From: Candidatus Margulisiibacteriota bacterium
GTDB lineage: Bacteria > Margulisbacteria > WOR-1 > XYC2-FULL-46-14
Direction: 5' to 3'
Length of the DNA stretch: 64,000 nucleotides
Assembly: GCA_042563095.1 (NCBI GenBank)
Contig: JBHPMS010000001.1
Span: forward strand, 1-64,000
Shown: in pieces, positions 21,860-30,034 of the stretch
How positions within the stretch are numbered: position 1 is the stretch's first letter
Layout of the letters: every line of letters begins with the position of its first letter
Made by a program: the position numbers and the translations under genes
The notes under the pieces: model-generated
Database searches by the model: none
What the model was told of the DNA's origin: nothing
The model's input: the letters and a program-made list of their open reading frames with translations, nothing else

Positions 21860-22660
21860 TCAGCTGTTTATCGGAATTTGATCTTTTAGTAGATAATTGT
21901 TCTTTTTGACTTCTTTTTCAATTGCCTTAATCCGATTTTCAGGATGCGGATGGGTAGAGAGGAAAGCTAAGAATTTATTCCGTTTATCTTTTTTATCCAT
22001 CTTTTTTATAAAAGAAATTGCTCCAGCTACGTGACCGTACTTATTATTTAAGATCTTAAGCGCAAAAAGATCGGCGGCGGTTTCTTGCTGCTGTGAAAAT
22101 TGCATCTCAATAGTCATCAATCCATTCATTAGAAAATTGGTTACATTGCTATCTGCTCCAAAAAAAGCAGAAGAGAATACGACCAGGACCAGCCGACGGC
22201 CAAGGCCGCGCAGATGGTCGCGGTTTTTGAAATGCCCAATTTCATGCCCCAGAACATATACCAATTCATTCTCATACTCTAGCTCTTCTATCAATCCAGA
22301 GAAAAGTACTATGTTCCCTCCCGGCAGAGCCAGGGCATTAACCTTTTTATTATCAACTAAGTGAAGCGAATAGATTTTGTTGATCTGGTTTTCTCTTAAA
22401 AGATCATGCAGGAGTTGTTTTAATTTATTGTTATCATTAGCCTTTTTCCCATCTTTCAGGTTAGAGATAAAAATACTTCCCATCTTTTCTTCAACATCAT
22501 CCGGCAGGTTTCTAACCGCAAAATCGACCAGGAATCCGAGGAGAATGTAAATGGATGCAAAGATCAGAAAAAGACTAACAGCTAAGTTTAATAGTTGCTT
22601 TAGCGGATTCTGCTTAGAAACATTAACGTTCCCAGTCAGCTCTTTTGGGACGTATTTCAC
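21860..22660 (-). CDS. M48-family zinc metallopeptidase (HtpX-like)
   Basis: N-terminal transmembrane helix and an HExxH motif (VLGHEIGHF). Confidence 0.8.
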   Translation of the reverse strand: MKYVPKELTGNVNVSKQNPLKQLLNLAVSLFLIFASIYILLGFLVDFAVRNLPDDVEEKMGSIFISNLKDGKKANDNNKLKQLLHDLLRENQINKIYSLHLVDNKKVNALALPGGNIVLFSGLIEELEYENELVYVLGHEIGHFKNRDHLRGLGRRLVLVVFSSAFFGADSNVTNFLMNGLMTIEMQFSQQQETAADLFALKILNNKYGHVAGAISFIKKMDKKDKRNKFLAFLSTHPHPENRIKAIEKEVKKNNYLLKDQIPINS

Positions 22661-23115
22661 TGATAGGTAACGGCGGTTCCGTAAACCAGCGCTTCGACCG
22701 ATCCGATCGATTTTTTCCGGTTGGCGCTTTTACTGATAGAGGAAGTTTCGATCCGCATATTCAGGATTATATTGGCTCCATGTGCCATCGCTTTCATTCT
22801 GAGAATCGATTCCCTTCTAGCACGGTCGACTAAGGTCTCATAGGCAGAAACTTCACCGCCAAAAATGTTTATCAATCCAGCTAGCAGTTGTTTAAAGCGA
22901 TCAGTAGAAATTACTGCATTCCCGTAAACTAATTCAGCTTTTGCGATTTGTTTGTTTGGGTCAGTTGCATTTTTTATTGTAACGGCTGGAAGGTGCAATG
23001 AGAGCTGTTCTCTCTGAACGATTGATTTGTAATGGTTTTTTTCATTAATGGTGCCGGCAATATAACCAATTGCAATAATAGTAAGCGGGATCAGTAGTAC
23101 TATTAAATCTTCCAT
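22657..23115 (-). CDS. YbjQ/UPF0145-family protein with N-terminal transmembrane helix
   Basis: YGNAVISTD...IFGGEVSAYETL...AHGANIILNMRIETS matches UPF0145. Confidence 0.7.
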   Translation of the reverse strand: MEDLIVLLIPLTIIAIGYIAGTINEKNHYKSIVQREQLSLHLPAVTIKNATDPNKQIAKAELVYGNAVISTDRFKQLLAGLINIFGGEVSAYETLVDRARRESILRMKAMAHGANIILNMRIETSSISKSANRKKSIGSVEALVYGTAVTYQ

Positions 23116-23117
23116 TT

Positions 23118-23432
23118 TTACCCTACTTTAACTGCAGTTCCGTAAACGTATAACTCGGCGGCGCCCTGCGCAACAGAAGAGGTTGAGAATCGAATATTTA
23201 CAATTGCATTAGCTCCAAGCTGAGTTGCTTGAGCAGTCATCCTTTCCATCGACTGTTCACGCGCTTCTCTCAATAAATCAGTATATCCACTAAGCTCTCC
23301 GCCGACAATATTTTTGAATCCGGCCAGGATATCCCGTCCAATATTCTTTGCCCTTACCGTGCTGCCTGACACCAGCCCATAATGTTGAGTGATACTCTTT
23401 CCTGGAACCGTTTCTAAATTAGTTAATAACAT
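23118..23432 (-). CDS. YbjQ/UPF0145-family protein
   Basis: The 104-aa GSTVRAKNIGRDILAG...GGELSGYTDLL...LGANAIVNIRF sequence matches the canonical UPF0145 length and motifs. Confidence 0.7.
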   Translation of the reverse strand: MLLTNLETVPGKSITQHYGLVSGSTVRAKNIGRDILAGFKNIVGGELSGYTDLLREAREQSMERMTAQATQLGANAIVNIRFSTSSVAQGAAELYVYGTAVKVG

Positions 23433-23514
23433 ATGTCACCTCTGGAGAAGATTATAGCATATGCCTTGCATTTATCCATAGCAGCACGTAAAATTGTTGT
23501 AGGAGGATACCTTA

Positions 23515-24360
23515 ATGAATTTATATTTGTTATTTGTTTTAGTAGTAGTTTTTCTTTATCACTCAATAAAGATTATCCGTCCGATGGAAAAAGGGATTGT
23601 AGAAACGCTCGGAAAATATTCCAAAACCGCTGAGGCCGGTATTCATTTTTTAGTTCCCGTAATTCAACGGATCTATCGGATTAATATCACTGAACAGAGA
23701 GTAGATATTGAACCACAATCAATTATTACAAAAGATAAACTTAATGCCGAAGTAGACGGAGTTGTTTATTATAAAATCTTTGAGCCGAAAAATTCGATCT
23801 ACAATGTCAACCAATACAAGTCTGCCGTTCCCTCGCTTGCAAAAACAACCCTGCGTGCAGTTATTGGAAAAATGACCTTGACCGAGGCTAACGAAAATAG
23901 AAACACTATCAACACAGAAGTAGAAAGCATATTGGATAAACAGACCGATCCGTGGGGAATAACCGTCATCCGTGTTGAATTGCAGCGGATTGAACCGCCA
24001 GCTGATGTTCAGTCGGCCATGAATAATGTTGTTAAAGCCGAAAACGAAAAAATTGCTGCACTTGATATTGCCACCGCGCTTGAAACTAAAGCTGATGGTG
24101 AACGCAGAGCCGAAATCAAACAGGCCGAAGGGCACGCCCAGGCGATCCGGTTAAGGGCCACTGCTGACGCTGATGCGATCAAGCTGGTCAACGAAGCGGC
24201 TGATAAATATTTTGTAGGGAATGCCCAACTTCTAAAGCGACTTGAAACAGTGGCCAAAGCTTTAAAAGATAATGCTAAAATCGTGGTTCCAGCTAATGCA
24301 GACCTGGTAAATGTGGTAGGGGATATGGCAGGGGGAGTTTTACCGATTAGCAGGAAGTAA
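23515..24360 (+). CDS. SPFH/band-7 (stomatin/prohibitin-like) protein
   Basis: N-terminal transmembrane helix, an SPFH core, and a C-terminal coiled-coil that is Ala/Glu-rich. Confidence 0.8.
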   Translation: MNLYLLFVLVVVFLYHSIKIIRPMEKGIVETLGKYSKTAEAGIHFLVPVIQRIYRINITEQRVDIEPQSIITKDKLNAEVDGVVYYKIFEPKNSIYNVNQYKSAVPSLAKTTLRAVIGKMTLTEANENRNTINTEVESILDKQTDPWGITVIRVELQRIEPPADVQSAMNNVVKAENEKIAALDIATALETKADGERRAEIKQAEGHAQAIRLRATADADAIKLVNEAADKYFVGNAQLLKRLETVAKALKDNAKIVVPANADLVNVVGDMAGGVLPISRK

Positions 24361-24371
24361 AAATAGCTTAA

Positions 24372-25970
24372 TTACTTTTTACGTATCTTTTTTAGGAGAT
24401 CAAAGTATTTTTTCTTACCTTCTTCGCTTCCTAAATCAGTCGATTTTTTAGCGTCTCGCAGTGCAGCCTCATGATTCCCTAAGTGGTAGTAAGCACCCGC
24501 ACGTTCATGATAAGCTTCGGGATGACCGGGATCGTGCTCAATAAAGATGTCCCAATACTTGACAATCTCATCAAATTTTCTTTGTTGAAATAAGATCCAA
24601 TCAATGTTTTTGTAGGATTCAAAATGTTTCGGATTATATTTGATGGCATTCTTAAAATCAGCAAGAGCAGTCTTGTTTTTTTTCAAATCTAGATTTGTAA
24701 GGCCCCGCCAATAATGTGCTTCATAATTAGTATTATCATATTTAATAGCTAGATCAAAAAATATTAAAGCATCCGGTGATTTGCTTTTTTTGAATATATT
24801 ATACGCTTTAACAACCAGCTTTTGAGACGCTCTTCTTCTTACGCGTGCTGTTTTTGGGTTGTTGGGTTCTAGTTTTTCGGCATATTCAATATCTTTCATA
24901 GATAATTCGTAATTTTCATTTGTAAAATAAACTTGATGACGCGATAAAAACGGAGAACTTGTAGTAGGTTTTAATAGAATTGCTCTATTAAAATCGTCAT
25001 AAGCAAGTTTTACTTTGCCAATGTCCAAATAGATGTTTCCCCGCTCAAGCAGTTGAGCAATCCCTTTTGGGCTTATTTCAACCGCTTTATCAAGTTCTGC
25101 AATAGCTTCTTTGAATTGTCCCTTCCTTGTATAATAATCTGCTTTGTCTAAATAGATATAACAACGAATTGATTTTAGCCTGGGATTTTTGTCAATTAAC
25201 TTTTCACACTCAGTTGCGTATGCATTCATTTCTTCGTAAGAACCACCCCAGCGCGGTTTAAGTGAATACATATAGTTTGACCTGATTTCATAACTTGCCG
25301 GAAAGTATTCAAGAGCCGCCTGCGTAACTTCTTTTTTTACTTTGGTATTTCCTTCTGCCATTGCAATGCTGATTAAAGTCTTATAGGCTGGAAGCGCCGT
25401 TGGTTCTAGCTCTATAGCATCTTTTAAGTCTTGTTTGGCAAGTTGAAAGTATTTTCGCATATTTATAAACTGTTCTTTAGAAGTATCTTTACTCCAGGCT
25501 GTGCCGCGGGCGATCCAACCTTGCGCGGTATAATAAATTCCCCGGGCTAAGAATGGGGCAAATGAATCAAGCGAATTACCGATCCAGTTTGATAGTAATT
25601 TTTCGTATGATTTGCTGGTTACATTAAAGTGTTCTGCTGCGACAAAAAAATCATTTTCTTTGGCATAATCTTTGCGAAAATCTTCTAATTTTGATTTATA
25701 GAATTCAGTTAGTTTATCATATTCTTCATTTTCTAATAACTTTCTAATTTTTACCGAATCACTTTCTATTAGGTCCTTTTTCATAAACATAGTAATTGCT
25801 GCTGGTTCCGGGTCTAATTTGAGTGGAAGAGTAATTTTTGACTGTGGTGATACCAGGCTATTGTAAAGATCAACAAAAAAAATATTTACATTGTATTTAA
25901 AAACAAAGCTGTAGAAGTACCATGCTGAAAAGATAACAAGAATGAGTATCAAACTCAGGTGTTTTTTCAC
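24372..25970 (-). CDS. tetratricopeptide-repeat membrane-anchored protein
   Basis: N-terminal transmembrane helix and many TPR-like repeats (AxxxY/W...G...A..Y). Confidence 0.7.
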   Translation of the reverse strand: MKKHLSLILILVIFSAWYFYSFVFKYNVNIFFVDLYNSLVSPQSKITLPLKLDPEPAAITMFMKKDLIESDSVKIRKLLENEEYDKLTEFYKSKLEDFRKDYAKENDFFVAAEHFNVTSKSYEKLLSNWIGNSLDSFAPFLARGIYYTAQGWIARGTAWSKDTSKEQFINMRKYFQLAKQDLKDAIELEPTALPAYKTLISIAMAEGNTKVKKEVTQAALEYFPASYEIRSNYMYSLKPRWGGSYEEMNAYATECEKLIDKNPRLKSIRCYIYLDKADYYTRKGQFKEAIAELDKAVEISPKGIAQLLERGNIYLDIGKVKLAYDDFNRAILLKPTTSSPFLSRHQVYFTNENYELSMKDIEYAEKLEPNNPKTARVRRRASQKLVVKAYNIFKKSKSPDALIFFDLAIKYDNTNYEAHYWRGLTNLDLKKNKTALADFKNAIKYNPKHFESYKNIDWILFQQRKFDEIVKYWDIFIEHDPGHPEAYHERAGAYYHLGNHEAALRDAKKSTDLGSEEGKKKYFDLLKKIRKK

Positions 25971-26046
25971 ATGATCAATGTAACATAACTTTAATAATTA
26001 AACAATAATGGCGTAATGTCAAATTCAATATTCAATTTGACAGGCA

Positions 26047-27147
26047 TTAGGTTGTGCGTAGATGTTTGAGCTTATCTTTTTCCCATTCAAATATTAATCT
26101 GGAGCGGTTTTGATAAGCTTTCTTTTGTAAGGCATAACCAACAATCAATGGAAGTGAGACCGATGGTTCTACAAAAGCCATCGCGCGGCTCGCTTTTTTG
26201 TTAATCTTTCCCCAGGAAGTAGCTTCTTTCAGGGTCGAACCGGATAGTCCTCCCCAGTGCGGAGAATCTGTTGTTACTTGCAGCGCATATTTATGTCCTC
26301 CGGTATCGTGGCCAAAGATGTAGCCCATCACCACCGAGTCATTGATGTAGTTTTTTGGGACGCCACCGGCAACGTAGAACGCAGAGGTCCTTTTAGAGTG
26401 GGTAATTATCTGGGTAATTTCAAAATTATCTCTAATAGAATCAATTGCGATTCCCGGCTTATTCTGTTTGTTCTTATAATAGTAATGTTCAGTTAAACCG
26501 ATACCAATACTGGAGTCATTAATCGCCGGACAGAAAACCGGGATTCCATGTTTTTTGGCGGTATAGAGGATTGAATTTTCATCTTTGATCGTGTCTGAAA
26601 GTAGCGATATAAATTCCCGGCTGGAGTAATTTCTGGGCTCCAATGTTCCAGCAAATTTACCGATGTGGGAGTCAACATTTCCAAACAATTCTTCATCAAC
26701 GTAAGTATCATAGATCCTATTTATGTAAAGATCTCTAAGTTCCCCATCATCAGCAGTTGGATCTCCTTTATAGTGTTGATGGCCAAGTGCTTGATAGTAA
26801 TCTTGATACAGAATGGCACCGGTTGAGACAACAACGTCAACCAGATTATTAGCAATCATATCTCGGATAACTTTCCTTAGTCCTGCAGCTATCAGTGGTC
26901 CGGCTAAGCCGAGCATAATGGTGGGGCGGTCTTCGTCGGCCAACATATTTTGAAATACTTTTGCAGCTTCTCCCAAATTTCTAGCTTGAATTGAAGCGGT
27001 AGAGTAAGCGTCAATTAATTCTGAGATTGTGTTGGTTTTCTCCAGATCGATTTGGTTGACCGGAGTTTTAAGAATTTCTTTTTTTCTCTTTTTAGCTTTT
27101 TCGTCGTGGAGGGTAAACTGATAAAATCCCATTTCGTTTGAGGTCAT
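26047..27147 (-). CDS. deoxyhypusine synthase-like protein
   Basis: Length and conserved blocks (GLAGPLIAAGLR, VVSTGA, YVAGGVPKNY) fit the DHS/homospermidine synthase family. Confidence 0.75.
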   Translation of the reverse strand: MTSNEMGFYQFTLHDEKAKKRKKEILKTPVNQIDLEKTNTISELIDAYSTASIQARNLGEAAKVFQNMLADEDRPTIMLGLAGPLIAAGLRKVIRDMIANNLVDVVVSTGAILYQDYYQALGHQHYKGDPTADDGELRDLYINRIYDTYVDEELFGNVDSHIGKFAGTLEPRNYSSREFISLLSDTIKDENSILYTAKKHGIPVFCPAINDSSIGIGLTEHYYYKNKQNKPGIAIDSIRDNFEITQIITHSKRTSAFYVAGGVPKNYINDSVVMGYIFGHDTGGHKYALQVTTDSPHWGGLSGSTLKEATSWGKINKKASRAMAFVEPSVSLPLIVGYALQKKAYQNRSRLIFEWEKDKLKHLRTT

Positions 27148-27201
27148 GATTATTGCTCCTTTTATAGTTTATCATATTATAATATAATGAATAGTAGTTG
27201 A

Positions 27202-27273
27202 GGGCCCATAGCTCAACGGCGGAGCAATCGGCTCATAACCGACAGGTTGTTGGTTCGAATCCAACTGGGCCCA
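27202..27273 (+). tRNA. tRNA-Met (anticodon CAT)
   Basis: Cloverleaf with acceptor GGGCCCA/TGGGCCC, anticodon loop CTCATAA and a T-arm GTTGG-TTCGAAT-CCAAC. No CCA is encoded. Confidence 0.85.
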
Positions 27274-28645
27274 TAGCTACGTTTCTTCTAACTATCTTTT
27301 TTGAAGGGCGGGTTGGCAGCGACGAAAGTTGCTGACAAGCCGCCCTATTTCTATTATCAGCGGCCGCCAGGCCGATATCTACGCTCTCGGAATACAATAT
27401 TTTGACTTCTATTGTCTCTTTCGAATAAATGACCTTTTCGATGTGCCGTCGCATTATTATTCGCTTCTCGGTTTTACCCTTCAGCCTGGCAGCCTTGGCA
27501 ATATTTTGCAGAATTTCGGCCATCCGCTCTGACCGAACCCCCTTTAGTTCGAATCCATTCAACCTGTCCTGGCTGTTGTGATTAAGCATGTAAATCAAAC
27601 TATCGAGGTATTGTTTGTTTTTGCTTATCTTATCCAGATTATCGACTATAAATTTATCCAGGCGATCAGCACTTACCTGCCTGATCGAACAAAAAGTGCG
27701 ATCTCTTTTTTCTATACTAGAACAACGGTAATAAAAATATCTTGTTCTTTTATTGTGTTTCAGCTTATTGGTAAAAGTTGCGCACATTGTTGATCCGCAC
27801 TCTTTGCATTGAATCAGGCCGGGAAACAATGAATAGTTATAACTCATCGATCTTTTCGGCCTGAATTTATCTTTTCTTATCGCCTGGACCTCCTCAAACA
27901 ATTCCTTTGATATTATCGGTTCATGAATTCCTTTATAAATATTTTCCTTATGCTTGATCATTCCGGTATAGACAATGCCGTCGAGCATAGAGCTGATACT
28001 AGTCTTTGAAAGCGGAAGGTCAGAGCGGCTGAACATCTTCTTTGCTTTAAGCTCATGAAAGGTCTTGCAGATTGACCGGTTCTTAACAAAAATCTCAAAC
28101 ATCTTTCTGACTATTTCTGCTTCCTTCGGCTCGATGACCAGATTTTTATCCTCCTTTTTATAACCAAAGGGAGCAGCACCCCGGCTCCACATCCCTTTTT
28201 TAGCACGTTCAAGAATTTTATCTCTGATCCTTTCAGAAATTAATTCTCTTTCAAACTGCGCGAAGGTTAGCATAATATTCCTCAATAGCCTGCCGGATGG
28301 AGTTGAAGTATCGAATCTTTCTGTAACCGAGACAAAGCTAACATTGTTCTTCTCAAAGATTTCGATTAACTGATAAAAATCCTTTGGAGAACGAGTCAGG
28401 CGGTCAATTTTATATGCTATGACCGTATCTATCACACCGTTGTGAATATCACATAACATATTCTTAAGAGCTGGGCGTTCTATATTTGCTCCACTCCAAC
28501 CTTGATCAGAATAAACTTTGTAAACCTCAATATCATTCTGGCTTTTTATGAATGATCTGATCTTTAACTCCTGCGTCTCACAAGAATTAAATTTTACTTC
28601 CGCCTGATTATCTGTAGAAACTCTTGTATAAATAGCTGCTTTCAT
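27233..28645 (-). CDS. large serine recombinase
   Basis: N-terminal resolvase catalytic domain (AIYTRVSTDNQ, Ser in RVS), a recombinase domain and a zinc ribbon (CKECG...C). The C-terminal 45 aa are encoded by IR-L and the antisense of the tRNA-Met 3' end. Confidence 0.85.
   Translation of the reverse strand: MKAAIYTRVSTDNQAEVKFNSCETQELKIRSFIKSQNDIEVYKVYSDQGWSGANIERPALKNMLCDIHNGVIDTVIAYKIDRLTRSPKDFYQLIEIFEKNNVSFVSVTERFDTSTPSGRLLRNIMLTFAQFERELISERIRDKILERAKKGMWSRGAAPFGYKKEDKNLVIEPKEAEIVRKMFEIFVKNRSICKTFHELKAKKMFSRSDLPLSKTSISSMLDGIVYTGMIKHKENIYKGIHEPIISKELFEEVQAIRKDKFRPKRSMSYNYSLFPGLIQCKECGSTMCATFTNKLKHNKRTRYFYYRCSSIEKRDRTFCSIRQVSADRLDKFIVDNLDKISKNKQYLDSLIYMLNHNSQDRLNGFELKGVRSERMAEILQNIAKAARLKGKTEKRIIMRRHIEKVIYSKETIEVKILYSESVDIGLAAADNRNRAACQQLSSLPTRPSKKIVRRNVAMGPVGFEPTTCRL
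27271..27374. repeat. left 104 bp inverted repeat (IR-L), starting in the last 3 nt of tRNA-Met
   Basis: An exact reverse complement of 29719-29822, verified base by base; contains an internal imperfect hairpin. Confidence 0.9.
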
Positions 28646-28836
28646 GATAGTTTACCTCCTTGCCCCGAGCTTGGTCGAGGGGCTATTAGATATTTCAATT
28701 CCCGAATCAATATATTTTGAGCTCTCAATCTGCTCAATCTTTCTAAATAATTATGATACTTCTTACAATCAACTTTTCGTTTCATGTCGCACTTGTAAGA
28801 GCAGTAACAACATGGATGAACTGGATAATGCGGCAT
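28642..28836 (-). CDS. small Cys-rich hypothetical protein
   Basis: Possible zinc-binding HPCCYCSYKCD...C block; the stop overlaps the recombinase start. Confidence 0.25.
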   Translation of the reverse strand: MPHYPVHPCCYCSYKCDMKRKVDCKKYHNYLERLSRLRAQNILIRELKYLIAPRPSSGQGGKLS

Positions 28837-28837
28837 A

Positions 28838-29413
28838 CTAAATCACCTCCTTTTTTAAAGAAATGGAATCACAATGAAAAACGATAACCTGAATACCCCG
28901 CTGAACAGCCTGACGAATGGTGTAACAAGTACCACGTGACTGGCCGTATAAAAACGCAACGATAACAGAACAGCTGGAAACCAAACGCCGATTGCGGCCA
29001 AGAAGAGCTGAAACAGCTGACTGCCTGGGTGAACCGGCAGAAGCCTGCCCCCAGATGACCTGATCACCTGACAAAATAAACTGCTGAATAGATGGACGGA
29101 CTGATGCAGGGAAACTAGAAACAGAAGACCAGGCAGAGTAAATAACACCCCGATCAGCTGCCCGGTGCTGAAGAAGAGCAGAAAGGGCATACTGATCAGC
29201 ACCTGCTGCCCCGCCTGAGGCAATACGATGGCCGCTGGCTAAAAAAGAAGAGACCATAGAAGCAACAAGTGGAGCAAAAGAAACTGGAAGAGACCTGGAG
29301 CCGATAAAACCAACTAACATATAAAAAACCTCCCTATAAAAAAATATGAAACACAATTTATTTGGAACATTTTTTTGTTCCCGGAATCCGCAGTTCCGCT
29401 GAGAGAGGAGCAT
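28838..29413 (-). CDS. DprA/Smf-like Rossmann-domain protein (truncated form)
   Basis: SGGAAGADQYA matches the DprA SGxAxGxD motif, and the LGRNRRLV...GQSRGT...AVQRGIQVIVF blocks parallel DprA. GC content is about 50%, clearly above the flanks. Confidence 0.5.
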   Translation of the reverse strand: MLLSQRNCGFREQKNVPNKLCFIFFYREVFYMLVGFIGSRSLPVSFAPLVASMVSSFLASGHRIASGGAAGADQYALSALLQHRAADRGVIYSAWSSVSSFPASVRPSIQQFILSGDQVIWGQASAGSPRQSAVSALLGRNRRLVSSCSVIVAFLYGQSRGTCYTIRQAVQRGIQVIVFHCDSISLKKEVI

Positions 29414-29718
29414 TCATTTACCGCAATATCAAAATCAAGTGGCGACGAATCGAAGCGGAACGGAGGACCGGAACGAGGCAAAAAAAATGTTGGGAATGTA
29501 CATTTACCCTGAATTATTTTTGCCGAGTGTAGGATAGAACGAATTACATAAAAGTGCTGGAATGCGAAGCAATGAGTGATATTGAAGGGAAAAAACAAAA
29601 AAATGTTACAATTGGAAACCTAAATATTATCATCCTTAGAAAAAGGCACATCGAAAAGTGGCGTTTATTCGACAGAGGAAATAGAAGTCATTATATTGGA
29701 TTACGAGAGCGGAGAGAG

Positions 29719-29822
29719 CGGCCTGGCGGCCGCTGATAATAGAAATAGGGCGGCTTGTCAGCAACTTTCGTCGCTGCCAACCCGCCCTTCAAAAAAGATA
29801 GTTAGAAGAAACGTAGCTATGG
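29719..29822. repeat. right 104 bp inverted repeat (IR-R)
   Basis: An exact reverse complement of 27271-27374. Confidence 0.9.
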
Positions 29823-29869
29823 CTCGACCTGTTTCTAGACGAGCCAACCTCCTATAATTTTCTTAACAC
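29821..29869 (-). promoter_or_regulatory. conserved hairpin/mini-ORF element with RBS, copy on the minus strand, abutting IR-R
   Basis: The minus strand reads gtgttaagaaaattataggagg-TTG-gctcgtctagaaacaggtcgagcc. The same 25-nt core is found at 38798-38822 and 41025-41049. Confidence 0.4.
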
Positions 29870-30034
29870 AAGCATGCTTGCGGTCGCACACATTATCCCC
29901 ACATAGGATTGCGACCGCTGAATAGTATTTATTGGCAAAATTCCTGTATAATAAAGTCATGTTGCTGTATGATATTACAAGAGGGAAAGAGTCCCTAGGA
30001 CGAAAATCCTTCTATATTCTATAAATAAATATTT

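Larger units (their letters stand above)
27271..29822. mobile_element. tRNA-Met-adjacent 2.55 kb element bounded by 104 bp perfect inverted repeats, carrying a serine recombinase and a DprA-like gene
   Basis: Perfect terminal IRs, a recombinase gene, a compositionally foreign (GC-rich) cargo gene, and tRNA adjacency. Confidence 0.5.

Noticed and set aside
27375-29718. The IR-bounded segment as a classical Hin/Gin-type invertible promoter switch
   Set aside because: The recombinase is a large (about 470 aa) serine recombinase, not a small invertase, and the 104 bp perfect IRs are far longer than hix/gix sites. Inversion remains possible but cannot be asserted from a single orientation.
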